Assembly (NCBI GenBank): GCA_951406725.2
Contig: OX597820.1
Location: forward strand, 32,736,001-32,800,000
DNA: 64,000 nucleotides
Reading direction: 5' to 3'
Source of the DNA: Octopus vulgaris
Lineage: Eukaryota
Of the stretch, positions 63,135 to 64,000 are shown in pieces; position 1 is the first letter of the stretch, and each line of letters starts with the position of its first letter. Under the pieces are notes generated by a model that did not search any database, was not told the DNA's origin, and saw only the letters and a list, made by a program, of their open reading frames with translations. The position numbers and the translations under genes were made by a program.

Positions 63135-63490
63135 TCTACTACTATAGGTACAAGGCCTGAAATTTTGGGGAAGGTGGCTAGTGAATTACATCAACTCCAG
63201 CCCTCAGCTGGTATTATTTTATCGACGCCAAAAGGATGAAAGACAAAGTCGACCTCGGTGGAATTTCAACTCAGAGCGTAAAGATGGATTAAATGCCGCT
63301 AAGCTTTTTGCCCGACGTGTTAACAACTCTGCTAACCAGCCGTTTTATATTTCTAAACAATAATGGTTTAAATGTCGGCACAAGACCAGAAAGTCATCCT
63401 CGGCTGCATTTGAACTCAGGAGGTAAAGACGGACGAAATGCCGTTAAGCATTTTGCCAGCGTGCTAACGACTCAGCCAAGCTCGCATCCT
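63135..63490 (-). mobile_element. Two degenerate SINE family B copies
   Basis: AAGGATGAAAGACAAAGTCGACCTCGGTGG and GACGAAATGCCGTTAAGCATTTTGCCAGCGTGCTAACG. Confidence 0.7.
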
Positions 63491-63916
63491 TATATTTCAA
63501 AGTAATAATAATCTTTCTTTAATAAAAAATTTCTCTTCATAAAGCTTTCGCACTAGATTCTATTACCACCCCACTGAGGCGGCGTTACAATTCAAAATCC
63601 CCAAGTTCGCAACGCCTATGCTTTACAATACTAAGTGGTGCAAACGGCAAAGTTAACTAAGCTGGAAATGTTAAAAGTCCTGCTTCTGTCAAGGATGGCT
63701 ATATGTTGGATATTCCCTTGCTGAAATCCAGAAAAATCTCAGGGCTGGGAAAAAAAGGAACAAAGAAATGCTGCTTGTCAGGAAGTCATTCAGAAAAAAA
63801 TGGTTGTTCGCGTTTTTTAACTGTACTTCTTTGCTACAAAGAATATATGTGCTGCATACAAATATCATGATAGTCTTTTTAAAGAAATAATTGGACACTA
63901 AACTAAAATGTCAAGT

Positions 63917-63953
<37 letters not shown>

Positions 63954-64000
63954 TACCAGATGTTGTATAGATAGGGCAAGCAATTCGAGGCATCCTAAAG

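Overview
AT-rich eukaryotic DNA saturated with microsatellites ((TA)n, (CA)n, (TACA)n, (GATA)n and mixed trinucleotide runs). The SINE families and repeat style are typical of Octopus (inference). Nearly all ORFs in the track are microsatellite artefacts and no confident host gene is visible; there are only two weak minus-strand exon candidates. The window holds about 40 tRNA-derived SINE copies or fragments from at least 4 modular families. It also holds a nearly intact but 5'-truncated Penelope-like (Neptune-type, RT + GIY-YIG) element at 56079-58844 and a decayed one at 21180-22416. Other mobile elements are RTE, CR1 and RLE-type LINE fragments, two deletion-derivative mariners, a Tigger-like derivative, a Helentron-associated (HINE-like) element and a large inverted duplication. 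The main signal is a set of at least 8 minimal hammerhead ribozyme (HHR) motifs in Penelope-type tails next to microsatellites. One of them lies in a composite element (21617-21985) that fuses a tRNA/Pol III head to an HHR tail. That element has a 12-bp target-site duplication (TSD) and an inverted terminal copy that begins at the predicted self-cleavage site, making it a candidate Penelope-mobilised ribozyme SINE.
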